DNA of 32,000 nucleotides, taken from Qipengyuania aestuarii (lineage in GTDB: Bacteria; Pseudomonadota; Alphaproteobacteria; Sphingomonadales; Sphingomonadaceae). Below, one piece after another: positions 9,249-16,856 of the stretch. Each line of letters begins with the position of its first letter. Position 1 is the first letter of the stretch. A program made the position numbers and the translations under genes. Location: assembly GCF_019711535.1 (NCBI RefSeq), contig NZ_JAIGNP010000002.1, forward strand, positions 902,318 to 934,317, written 5' to 3'. The notes beneath the pieces were generated by a model, which was given only the letters and a program-made list of their open reading frames with translations, ran no database searches and was not told the origin of the DNA.

Positions 9249-9352
9249 GCGAAATCCTCTTTTCCGTCCGGAAGTTCGCGCGTAAATGCTGAGCTTCCGG
9301 TTGGCGGAGCGGGGCTGTCTCGCGGCGGGCCGGTGGAGGCCTCTGGCCGTAT

Positions 9353-10927
9353 ATGATCTTCGACAGGGTTAAGCCGCTCGATGCCATTCTGGCTGCGGCA
9401 CAAAGGAAGTCGTTGCACCGTTCATTGGGCGCGCTGCAATTAATGCTGTTTGGCATCGGTTGTATCATCGGCACCGGAATTTTCGTTTTGACGGCTGCTG
9501 GCGCTCAAAAGGCAGGTCCGGGCCTAATGCTGGCATTTGTCATCGCGGGGGCCGTCTGCGTGGTAGCCGCGCTCTGTTACGCCGAAATCGCTTCCATGAT
9601 CCCGGTAGCCGGTTCGGCCTATACCTACAGCTATGCCACCGTCGGGGAATTGGTCGCTTGGACCGTGGGCTGGGCGCTTATCCTCGAATACGCAATTGCC
9701 GCGTCGGCAGTTTCGGTGGGATGGTCCGGCTATTTCAGCGGCACCATTCTGAATGAATTTCTCGGCATTGAATTGCCGCGCTGGTTATCTGCAGGCCCAC
9801 TCGTCTTGGGCGGCGAGGCAGGCGGATTGATCAATTTGCCTGCTATGGTTATCGCTTTGCTTATCACATGGTTGTTGATGATTGGCACGAGCGAGAGCGC
9901 CAAGGTCAATGCCTTCCTCGTCGCTATCAAAGTGACAGCGCTGACGGCATTTATCGGACTTACTCTGACCAGTGCCTATTTCGATCCGGACAAGTTCAAC
10001 CCGTTTCTTCCGGCCGGTCTGTTCGGCGGTTTCGGCTCTGGGGTAGGTGCTGTAGGTGCTGCCGCGACTATCTTCTTCGCCTATGTGGGGTTCGATGCCG
10101 TATCTACGGCTGCTGAGGAAACGAAGAACCCGCAGCGCAATGTACCGATAGGTCTGGTCGGTTCGCTTATATTCTGCACTGTATTTTATATACTCGTGGC
10201 GGCGGGAGCGATCGGGACTATCGGTGGGCAGCCTATCATGGGGCCCGGCAATATCCCCTTTCCTGCAGGTTCCGAGGAGTTAGCCCGGCAATGCGCTCTT
10301 CCGGAGCACGTCGAGGCGTTGGTCTGCTCCAATGAAGCCTTGGCGCATGTGCTGCGTCAGATCGGATTTTCAGGGATTGGGAATGTTCTTGGCGTGGCTG
10401 CTTTTCTCGCCTTGCCATCGGTCATTCTTGTCCTGCTTTTTGCTCAGACTAGAATATTTTTCGTGATGAGTCGTGATGGCTTGCTGCCGGATGGTCTTTC
10501 GAAAGTGCATCCTCGGTGGAAGACGCCCTATGTCGTAACTGCCATTACCGGGGTGATCGTCGCCATCGGGGCCGCATTCTTTCCTGTTGGACAATTGGCC
10601 GACATTGCCAACGCGGGAACGCTCTATGCGTTCTTGATGGTGGCAGTTGCGGTCATGGTGCTGCGGCGGACTGCGCCAGAACGGAAGCGAGATTTCCGAA
10701 CGCCTATTTTGTGGTTGGTAGGCCCGGCAACTATTTTCGGTTGTGCTTCTTTGTTTCTCAATCTGCCAAGTGCGGCAATGCTGGTATTGCCTGTCTGGAG
10801 TTTGATCGGTCTGCTGGTTTATTTTGGCTATAGTAGAAGCCATAGCCGGTTGGGGCAGGGCATCGTTGAAGTAGCCGATGATGTGCTTGGGGAAGAAACC
10901 GCAGTTCCGATCCATTCGGATCGGTAA
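9353..10927 (+). CDS. Amino acid permease, APC superfamily (cationic amino acid transporter-like)
   Basis: 524 aa polytopic protein. The N terminus LMLFGIGCIIGTGIFVLTA...AGSAYTYSYA is typical of APC/CAT-type permeases. A strong terminator follows. Confidence 0.85.
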   Translation: MIFDRVKPLDAILAAAQRKSLHRSLGALQLMLFGIGCIIGTGIFVLTAAGAQKAGPGLMLAFVIAGAVCVVAALCYAEIASMIPVAGSAYTYSYATVGELVAWTVGWALILEYAIAASAVSVGWSGYFSGTILNEFLGIELPRWLSAGPLVLGGEAGGLINLPAMVIALLITWLLMIGTSESAKVNAFLVAIKVTALTAFIGLTLTSAYFDPDKFNPFLPAGLFGGFGSGVGAVGAAATIFFAYVGFDAVSTAAEETKNPQRNVPIGLVGSLIFCTVFYILVAAGAIGTIGGQPIMGPGNIPFPAGSEELARQCALPEHVEALVCSNEALAHVLRQIGFSGIGNVLGVAAFLALPSVILVLLFAQTRIFFVMSRDGLLPDGLSKVHPRWKTPYVVTAITGVIVAIGAAFFPVGQLADIANAGTLYAFLMVAVAVMVLRRTAPERKRDFRTPILWLVGPATIFGCASLFLNLPSAAMLVLPVWSLIGLLVYFGYSRSHSRLGQGIVEVADDVLGEETAVPIHSDR

Positions 10928-10933
10928 GAATCG

Positions 10934-10967
10934 AAAAGGGCCGCCCTATCGAGGCGGCCCTTTGTTT
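10934..10967. terminator. Bidirectional rho-independent terminator between convergent genes
   Basis: GGGCCGCC (10938-10945) pairs with GGCGGCCC (10953-10960) as an 8-bp GC stem with a 7-nt loop. It is flanked by AAAA (10934-10937) and TTTGTTT (10961-10967). Confidence 0.75.
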
Positions 10968-10979
10968 GATCTTGTTAAA

Positions 10980-11465
10980 TTAAAGGTCAGCTGATTTGAC
11001 GTGCTTTTCTTCAGCCTCTTCGTGGACACTCATCCCCAAGGCCATCTTTGCCGTGTTGAGGAGTCCCAGATCGCCGCTCCAGATTTCGGCATCGCCTAGA
11101 TCCATGCGCATGAAGAAAATGTCAGGATCGTTCTTGCCACCGTCGTACCAGGCTTCAACGAAATTGTTCCAGAATTGATCGAAGCGCTCCTGACTGGTTT
11201 CTTTTACCAGGTTTCCGTTGAAGCGGGCGAACATTTCGTGGCCCTTGCCGGCGAATGTCGCAGTTACAGGGCCGAGTTTGCAAAAGTCGCTTTTTGTGTG
11301 CGTGAAAAACCAGATCGAGCTGTTGGCATCCTTGTCGAGTTGCGGGCTCATCGGGACTGCGCTGGAGCTGTCGTTGTCTAGCTGCAGGAAAAGGAACGGG
11401 CTGTCGGCCAGCGCCTTCCAGAATTTGGTCTTCAGTTCGTCGGGATTACCTTCGGCGTGTTTCAT
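10980..11465 (-). CDS. Pyridoxamine 5'-phosphate oxidase-like protein (general stress protein 26-like)
   Basis: 161 aa. The pattern ...PMSPQ...SIWFFT...(split-barrel)...DPDIFFMRMDLGDAEIW resembles the PNPOx-like / GSP26 family. Assignment is by recollection only. Confidence 0.65.
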   Translation of the reverse strand: MKHAEGNPDELKTKFWKALADSPFLFLQLDNDSSSAVPMSPQLDKDANSSIWFFTHTKSDFCKLGPVTATFAGKGHEMFARFNGNLVKETSQERFDQFWNNFVEAWYDGGKNDPDIFFMRMDLGDAEIWSGDLGLLNTAKMALGMSVHEEAEEKHVKSADL

Positions 11466-11571
11466 TGTGGTCTCCGAGATTGGTTCATCTGGTCAATGAG
11501 CGAAGGGCAGGTTCGGTCCCGAGACAGATGCGGGAAAAGATGGAGCAGGAATTGCTAATGGACGGCTTTTG

Positions 11572-11586
11572 GAACATAATGGGAAC
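11572..11586 (+). promoter_or_regulatory. Alphaproteobacterial LexA operator (SOS box), GAAC-N7-GAAC
   Basis: GAACATAATGGGAAC is a perfect direct repeat of GAAC with a 7-nt spacer, 17 nt upstream of the imuA ATG. It is 12/15 identical to the box at 15595-15609. Confidence 0.7.
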
Positions 11587-11603
11587 ACAGAGTCGATTCC
11601 CTG

Positions 11604-12500
11604 ATGACCCAAACAGCCATTCCACCTTTACCTGCGACGGTTTCTGATGATGTTGCCACACTGCCTGTCTGGCATAGTGAGCGCTGGCGTCCTGGATTGG
11701 CTGCTGTGCAAGGCAAGGCGCTGCACAGCGAAGTTTTCACTTCTTCGAGAGAGGCAACCGGCATCGGGGCCGCACTGGCGCTGGCGTTAGACGACTGGCG
11801 TAGCGCCTTGTGCAATGATGATAAAGCGGTGCAAGATCAGCGAAATGTATTGTGGGTTCAAACCCGTGAGGCGGCGCGACTGGGGGGCAAGCCGTACCGG
11901 CCAGGATTGCCACCAGATTTGCAGTCGCGTGTAGTTCACGTTCTCACCGACAGACCTGAAGATGCGCTTTTCGCACTGGAGGAAGGTCTGCGCTGTCGCG
12001 AACTGTGCTTCGTTATAGGAGAAATTGCAGGCAATCCGAAAGGGCTGGACTTCACTGCTTCACGACGTTTGACGCTGACTGCGCAAAAATACGAAGTGCC
12101 TCTATTCCTGCTGAGGATAGATGCGGAGCGTGAACTGTCCTCGGCTCGAATGCGATGGGAAGTGACTGCTGCTCCGTCCGCTGAGCCCAGATGGAACGCG
12201 CAGGCCCCTGGTGATCCGTCGTGGCGCGGGGAACTGTTTCGCGCTCGTGCGCATCCGCCCGGTGAATGGATTTTCGAAGAGATCGGGACGCGACTGGAGG
12301 CTCGTCGCGACCTACCGAATGATTCTTCGCGGCAGAGTGACAAGCCATTTTCAGTCGCTCGGCATACGCAGCCATATTCAGCGCATACCAATGTTGTCGA
12401 AAGGCTGTCTTTTAGGCCGAAAAAGACTGCAGTTGAGAGTGCGAACACTGCGCTTTCGGAGCAGCTGCACTTTCGACAGGTCCAAGGCAATCGGCGCTAG
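11604..12500 (+). CDS. imuA: SOS mutagenesis protein ImuA (RecA/SulA-fold accessory factor of the ImuA-ImuB-DnaE2 mutasome)
   Basis: 298 aa. It sits directly upstream of imuB with a 14-nt gap and behind an SOS box. Core segments ALHSEVF, ATGIGAALALAL, VLWVQT, LEEGLRC, EVPLFLLR resemble alphaproteobacterial ImuA. The C-terminal 60-70 aa look non-conserved. Confidence 0.75.
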   Translation: MTQTAIPPLPATVSDDVATLPVWHSERWRPGLAAVQGKALHSEVFTSSREATGIGAALALALDDWRSALCNDDKAVQDQRNVLWVQTREAARLGGKPYRPGLPPDLQSRVVHVLTDRPEDALFALEEGLRCRELCFVIGEIAGNPKGLDFTASRRLTLTAQKYEVPLFLLRIDAERELSSARMRWEVTAAPSAEPRWNAQAPGDPSWRGELFRARAHPPGEWIFEEIGTRLEARRDLPNDSSRQSDKPFSVARHTQPYSAHTNVVERLSFRPKKTAVESANTALSEQLHFRQVQGNRR

Positions 12501-12514
12501 TTTGGTGATTTGCC

Positions 12515-14065
12515 GTGAATGTGCCACGCCGCATCCTCTCTATCTGGCTACCTGCCATGGCCATGGATCGTTGGCGGCTGGGCGCGGTCGAGAGGCGGAA
12601 ATTCGACGAAAAGCCCTTTGTTCTGACCGCTGATACAGCGCACGGTCCACGGATCGCTGCCACCAGCCGCCCAGGCGCTGCTGCGGGGGCAAGGCCGGGC
12701 ATGATGCTTGCCGATGCGCGCACGCTTTGTCCGGAAATCATAACGGCAGTTGCCGACCCGGCGGGCGATCTCGTTTTCTTGGAAAAGCTGGCCGTCTGGG
12801 CGCGGCGTTGGGGGCCGTGGTCGGCAATAGATGGAACCGATGGCCTGCTGGTCGATGTTACTGCAGTGGCGCATCTTTTCGGAGGCGAAGACAAATTACT
12901 TGTCGATGTGGCCGCCGCCTTCACACAGCGCGAGGTTGATATGCGCTGTGCCATAGCTCCGACTGCCGGGGCAGCCTGGGCGCTGGCTCACCACGCTGCA
13001 TCTGGCACGATCTTGCAACAACATGAGGATATGAAAGCAAGGCTGGGCGAACTTCCTGTAGAAGCGCTAAGGTTGGATCAGGATATCGTTACCGTTCTTC
13101 GCCGGCTTGGGCTCAAGAAATTGGGCGAACTTTCCACGATTGACAGCGATGCGATCAATCGACGGTTTCGCAACCGTAAATCTCCCTCAGCCAATCCGCT
13201 CACCCGGCTTGACCAGTTGCTTGGCCGGATACCGGAGCCTTTATTGCCGGTCATTCCCCAAAAAGTACCCATGGTGCAGCGCCGCCTGCTTGAGCCTATC
13301 CGTCACCGTCAGCTGCTTGATCAGGTGGTCAGGGATTTGGCTGGTGACATGGCACGCGAACTGGAGGGCAGAGGGGAGGGCGCCCGGGGACTTGAACTCG
13401 GCTTATGGCGCGTTGACGGAGAGGTGGTGACGCGCCACATCGAGCTTGCTGCAGCCACACGGGAGGCGGCCCATATTGTGCGCCTTTTTGCCAGAAAGCT
13501 TGACGATGTGGATGCCGGATTCGGAATCGAAATGTTGCGACTGCGAGCCATTTGGACCGAAAAGCTGGCGTTGGATCAAAGCGATATCGAGACGGCTTCG
13601 CAAAATCACGGCATTGCGCTGTCCACCTTGGTCGATCGGCTTGCGGTACGTCTTGGCCCGGGTGCCATCACGCGGCTCGTGCCCTTTCCCAGCCATATTC
13701 CCGAACGTGCGCAGCGCGGCCAATCGCCACTAGAACCGGAACCTACTAGTCAGGGGCAGCTAGCTTTCCATAAACGTCCTTTGAAACTGCTCGACAAAGC
13801 CGAGCGTATTGCCGTGCTCTATGCGACCCCCGACGGCTATCCGAAGCGATTTCGCTGGCGCGGCGAGGTGCATGATATCAAACGTGTTGAGGGTCCGGAG
13901 CGTATTGCTCCTGAATGGTGGCGCGAACGGGGCAGCACACGGTTACGCGATTATTACCGGATCGAGGACCAGCGGGGAAGGCGCTACTGGATCTATCGCC
14001 TTGGCATTATAGGAGATGGGCGCGGCGATATGCCGGACTGGTACCTGCAGGGCTTATTCGCCTGA
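12515..14065 (+). CDS. imuB: ImuB, catalytically inactive Y-family DNA polymerase paralogue
   Basis: GTG start. The N terminus RRILSIWLPAMAMDRW is typical of ImuB and lacks the D-x-D...FFA carboxylate motif of active Y-family polymerases. The C-terminal signature is GPERIAPEWW...RDYYRIED...WYLQGLFA. Confidence 0.85.
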   Translation: MNVPRRILSIWLPAMAMDRWRLGAVERRKFDEKPFVLTADTAHGPRIAATSRPGAAAGARPGMMLADARTLCPEIITAVADPAGDLVFLEKLAVWARRWGPWSAIDGTDGLLVDVTAVAHLFGGEDKLLVDVAAAFTQREVDMRCAIAPTAGAAWALAHHAASGTILQQHEDMKARLGELPVEALRLDQDIVTVLRRLGLKKLGELSTIDSDAINRRFRNRKSPSANPLTRLDQLLGRIPEPLLPVIPQKVPMVQRRLLEPIRHRQLLDQVVRDLAGDMARELEGRGEGARGLELGLWRVDGEVVTRHIELAAATREAAHIVRLFARKLDDVDAGFGIEMLRLRAIWTEKLALDQSDIETASQNHGIALSTLVDRLAVRLGPGAITRLVPFPSHIPERAQRGQSPLEPEPTSQGQLAFHKRPLKLLDKAERIAVLYATPDGYPKRFRWRGEVHDIKRVEGPERIAPEWWRERGSTRLRDYYRIEDQRGRRYWIYRLGIIGDGRGDMPDWYLQGLFA

Positions 14066-14083
14066 GCATCGCCTTTCGCAAGC

Positions 14084-14482
14084 TCAGCTGTCACGCGAAA
14101 CTAGCGAAGCCCGGCGTCCTCGTTTGGCTACGGGAATATTATCGAATTTCGCTACCGGCCCGGATTCCACTTCAACCACATCACAGGTTTCCTCGACAAC
14201 CGCTGGAGGTATGGGGCGCTCGAAAAGAAATCCGCAACTGCTGTCACGAGTCCATACGATCTTACCGAAGAACTCGTGCTCTCCCCATGTCAGCAAGCCT
14301 GAAACATCTTTTTGCGGCGGATTGGGTGTCTCGAAGCGAGCTCCGGACTGTGAAAGATCTGACAAGCGTCCATCCCGATTACCGCCAGGCATCTTCAACC
14401 TTGCACTACAATCTACGGAATAGCGCTGTACCGTTCTGCGCTCGTCGGTCTTCTCACCGGATTTTTTCTGGAAAAGTGCCAC
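14084..14482 (-). CDS. Stand-alone PilZ domain protein (predicted c-di-GMP receptor)
   Basis: 132 aa. Both c-di-GMP binding motifs are present: R16-TVQ-R20 (RxxxR) and D42-L-S-Q-S-G47 (DxSxxG), with about 21 residues between them. It is convergent with imuB; the stops are 18 nt apart. Confidence 0.7.
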   Translation of the reverse strand: MALFQKKSGEKTDERRTVQRYSVDCSARLKMPGGNRDGRLSDLSQSGARFETPNPPQKDVSGLLTWGEHEFFGKIVWTRDSSCGFLFERPIPPAVVEETCDVVEVESGPVAKFDNIPVAKRGRRASLVSRDS

Positions 14483-14572
14483 TCGGCGAGCCTCTCTTAT
14501 TCATCTCTTTTTACAAGGTAATGGTTAATTTCGAGTTATCACGAGCCTCAAGTTGCCGTGACAAATGATTGG

Positions 14573-14596
14573 AAAAGGGGCGCGTAATAGCGCCCC
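14573..14596 (-). terminator. Hairpin terminator downstream of the hydrolase gene
   Basis: GGGGCGC (14577-14583) pairs with GCGCCCC (14590-14596) as a 7-bp stem with a 6-nt loop. On the minus strand TTTT follows (complement of 14573-14576). It lies 25 nt after the stop at 14622. Confidence 0.55.
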
Positions 14597-14621
14597 TTAT
14601 TTGATATGGTGAGATCCAGGT

Positions 14622-15440
14622 TCAGTGCTTAGCTTGACCGAGAAACTGGAGGATGTCGTCACCCAGTCGCTCAGTTTGTGTGGCGAAGACGGCATGTGGC
14701 TCACCTTCATACTCAATTAACGATGCGCTTTTGACTTGGTCGGCTACGGCACGCCCAGTGGCGTTAATCGGTACGGTCACATCCTTGGTGCCATGTATGA
14801 CCAGCGTTGGAACGCGAAAGCTAGCAAGCTCTTCCCGAAAATCGGTTGTTGCGAAAGCATCGGCCGACTGAAGCGTAGCATATTGGCTCGCATGCATGGT
14901 CGTTTGCCAAGCCCAGTGGCGTTCTTCGTCGCTTACATCGTTGCCGTAAAAATCTTTAAAGAAACCCGTAAAGAAGGCCCGAAAATCTTTCTTCATGCCT
15001 TCTGTCATTTCATCAAACGTGCTTTGAGGAACGCCGTCGGGATTATCTTCGGTTTTCAACATGTAGGGCACGACAGAGCTAACAAGCACTGTCTGCGTTA
15101 CGCCTCGGCCTTCATGGCGCGACATATAACGAGCGATCTCTCCTCCACCCATTGAAAAGCCGACTAGAGCAACGTTGTCGGTCGCTCCGATCTCTTTCAT
15201 CACATCAGCCAGATCGTCGGCAAAAGTATCATAATCATAGCCTGACTTTGCGTGGTCCGAATGGCCGAAACCGCGGCGATCATATGCGATCGCGCGATAG
15301 CCGTTTTCTGCCAGTTTCATCATGATCGGGTCCCAGCTATCCGCAGAAAGGGGCCAACCATGAATGAGGATCACAGGCCGTCCTTCGCCCAATTCCTTGT
15401 AGCGCAGATGCGTGCCATCTCGGGTAGTAATATTTGCCAT
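14622..15440 (-). CDS. Alpha/beta hydrolase, non-haem haloperoxidase / arylesterase-like
   Basis: Starting at ATG 15440 (MANITTRDGTHLRYKE...) gives 272 aa, with GGAAGGGA as SD. HGWP oxyanion motif and nucleophile elbow GFSMGGG (GxSxG) are present. The track's start at 15539 adds 33 residues that look non-conserved. Confidence 0.85.
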   Translation of the reverse strand: MANITTRDGTHLRYKELGEGRPVILIHGWPLSADSWDPIMMKLAENGYRAIAYDRRGFGHSDHAKSGYDYDTFADDLADVMKEIGATDNVALVGFSMGGGEIARYMSRHEGRGVTQTVLVSSVVPYMLKTEDNPDGVPQSTFDEMTEGMKKDFRAFFTGFFKDFYGNDVSDEERHWAWQTTMHASQYATLQSADAFATTDFREELASFRVPTLVIHGTKDVTVPINATGRAVADQVKSASLIEYEGEPHAVFATQTERLGDDILQFLGQAKH

Positions 15441-15594
15441 CAGCACATCCCTTCCGTTCGTTTGCTTTTCAAACAAATCGGGATGGCTGTGAGTTCCGTA
15501 TGCGCTGCGGAGCCGGCGAAATGGGAAGGGGCACGTCACGAATTTGCGGTATAAAGCACGAGCCCATCATTTGTTCTTGGTGAATTCTAATTTA

Positions 15595-15609
15595 GAACAT
15601 ATAGAGAAC
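15595..15609 (+). promoter_or_regulatory. Alphaproteobacterial LexA operator (SOS box), GAAC-N7-GAAC
   Basis: GAACATATAGAGAAC is a perfect GAAC-N7-GAAC ending 2 nt before the radical-SAM ATG (15612). It overlaps a TATAGA -10-like hexamer (15600-15605). An imperfect GTTC-N7-ATTC lies just upstream at 15573-15587. Confidence 0.7.
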
Positions 15610-15611
15610 GA

Positions 15612-16856
15612 ATGGCTGCGCAAACCGTCCTTCAGAAGCTCGAGATTCTCGCCGACGCCGCTAAGTACGATGCATCCTGCGCATCCTCCGGCACGGCGAA
15701 CAAGAACAGTCTCGGAGGCAAGGGCATCGGATCGACGGAAGGCATGGGCATTTGTCACGCATATGCCCCCGATGGACGCTGCATCTCGCTGCTCAAGATA
15801 TTGCTGACCAATCACTGCGTGTTTGACTGCCATTACTGCGTCAATCGGAAGAGTTCGAACGTGATAAGGGCGCGCTTCACACCGCAAGAAGTGGTCGATC
15901 TCACTCTCGCTTTTTACCGGCGCAATTATATCGAAGGTTTGTTTCTCTCCTCCGGCATCGTGAAGAACTCTAACCATACGATGGAGCAGATCGTCGAAGT
16001 TGCCCGTATCCTACGCGAAGAGCATGATTTTCGCGGCTATATTCATCTTAAGACCATTCCCGAGGCGGATTCGGAGATCGTCCATCAGGCCGGGCTTTAT
16101 GCTGATCGCGTCTCAATCAATGTCGAATTGCCGACTGACAGCGGGCTGACCCGCCTCGCTCCCGATAAGGATGCGCGGCAGATTGAAGGCGCAATGGGCA
16201 AGGTGAAGGCCGATTTAGTCGAGGCGAAAGATGCAAAGAAGCGGTTTCGCCACGCACCGCGTTTCGCCCCTGCCGGCCAGTCCACGCAGATGATCGTCGG
16301 CGCCGATGCCGCGACCGATGCCGATATTGTGGGCAAGGCGAGCCGGCTCTACGATAATTTTCGCCTGCGCCGTGTTTATTACAGTGCCTTTTCGCCGATA
16401 CCAGATGCCAGCGCTGTGCTGCCGCTCAAGCGCCCTCCCTTGATCCGCGAGCATAGGCTCTATCAATCCGACTGGTTGATGCGCTTCTATGGCTACAAGC
16501 CGAGCGACGTAATGCAGGCGACAGAGGCAGACGGAAATCTGCCGCTCGATATTGATCCCAAACTCGCTTGGGCATTGAAGTTTCGCGAAGCTTTTCCGGT
16601 GGATGTGAACAGGGCGAGCAAAGAGCAGTTGCTGCGCGTGCCGGGGCTAGGGGTGAAGGCGGTACATAAAATCCTTGTCAGCCGCCGTCATCGTACACTG
16701 CGGCTTGACGACGTAGCACTGCTTACGCAGTCGATCGCCAAGGTGCGGCCTTTTATCTGCACCGTGGACTGGCGGCCAATCACACTGACCGATCGTGCCG
16801 ACCTGCGCAGTTTGCTCGCACCCAAAACCGAACAGCTTGAACTGTTTGCCGCATGA
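15612..16856 (+). CDS. Putative DNA modification/repair radical SAM protein with C-terminal helix-hairpin-helix (TIGR03916-type)
   Basis: 414 aa. N terminus KLEILADAAKYDASCASSG. Radical SAM motif C69-x3-C73-x2-C76 (CVFDCHYC, nt 15816-15839). C-terminal HhH SKEQLLRVPGLGVKAVHKIL (about nt 16614-16682). The stop overlaps the next gene's start (ATGA at 16853-16856). Confidence 0.85.
   Translation: MAAQTVLQKLEILADAAKYDASCASSGTANKNSLGGKGIGSTEGMGICHAYAPDGRCISLLKILLTNHCVFDCHYCVNRKSSNVIRARFTPQEVVDLTLAFYRRNYIEGLFLSSGIVKNSNHTMEQIVEVARILREEHDFRGYIHLKTIPEADSEIVHQAGLYADRVSINVELPTDSGLTRLAPDKDARQIEGAMGKVKADLVEAKDAKKRFRHAPRFAPAGQSTQMIVGADAATDADIVGKASRLYDNFRLRRVYYSAFSPIPDASAVLPLKRPPLIREHRLYQSDWLMRFYGYKPSDVMQATEADGNLPLDIDPKLAWALKFREAFPVDVNRASKEQLLRVPGLGVKAVHKILVSRRHRTLRLDDVALLTQSIAKVRPFICTVDWRPITLTDRADLRSLLAPKTEQLELFAA

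Noticed and set aside
9268-9300. Hairpin CCGGAAG...CTTCCGG between the NSS and APC transporter genes, as a possible terminator.
   Set aside because: It has a 7-bp stem but a 19-nt loop and only TT after it, so it is not a convincing intrinsic terminator.
13003-13017. Sigma-54-like element TGGCAC-GATC-TTGCA, potentially relevant to PrsR.
   Set aside because: The spacer is 4 nt rather than the required 5, so GG and GC are out of register. It also lies inside the imuB coding sequence.
13751-13768. Possible beta-clamp-binding motif QGQLAF (aa 413-418) in ImuB.
   Set aside because: It only loosely resembles QL(S/D)LF-type motifs. I cannot establish it without an alignment to experimentally defined ImuB clamp motifs.
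15456-15470. Imperfect SOS-like repeats GTTC-N7-TTTC (15456-15470) and GTTC-N7-ATTC (15573-15587).
   Set aside because: In each, only one half-site is intact. The first lies in the hydrolase leader. The second may assist LexA binding next to the perfect box but cannot be called on its own.
15472-15497. EcfG-like promoter on the minus strand upstream of the hydrolase gene, GGAAC-N17-TGTT.
   Set aside because: The -35 element is perfect, but the -10 reads TGTT instead of CGTT. A single imperfect motif is not enough to call, though the geometry (about 30 nt ahead of ATG 15440) is reasonable.
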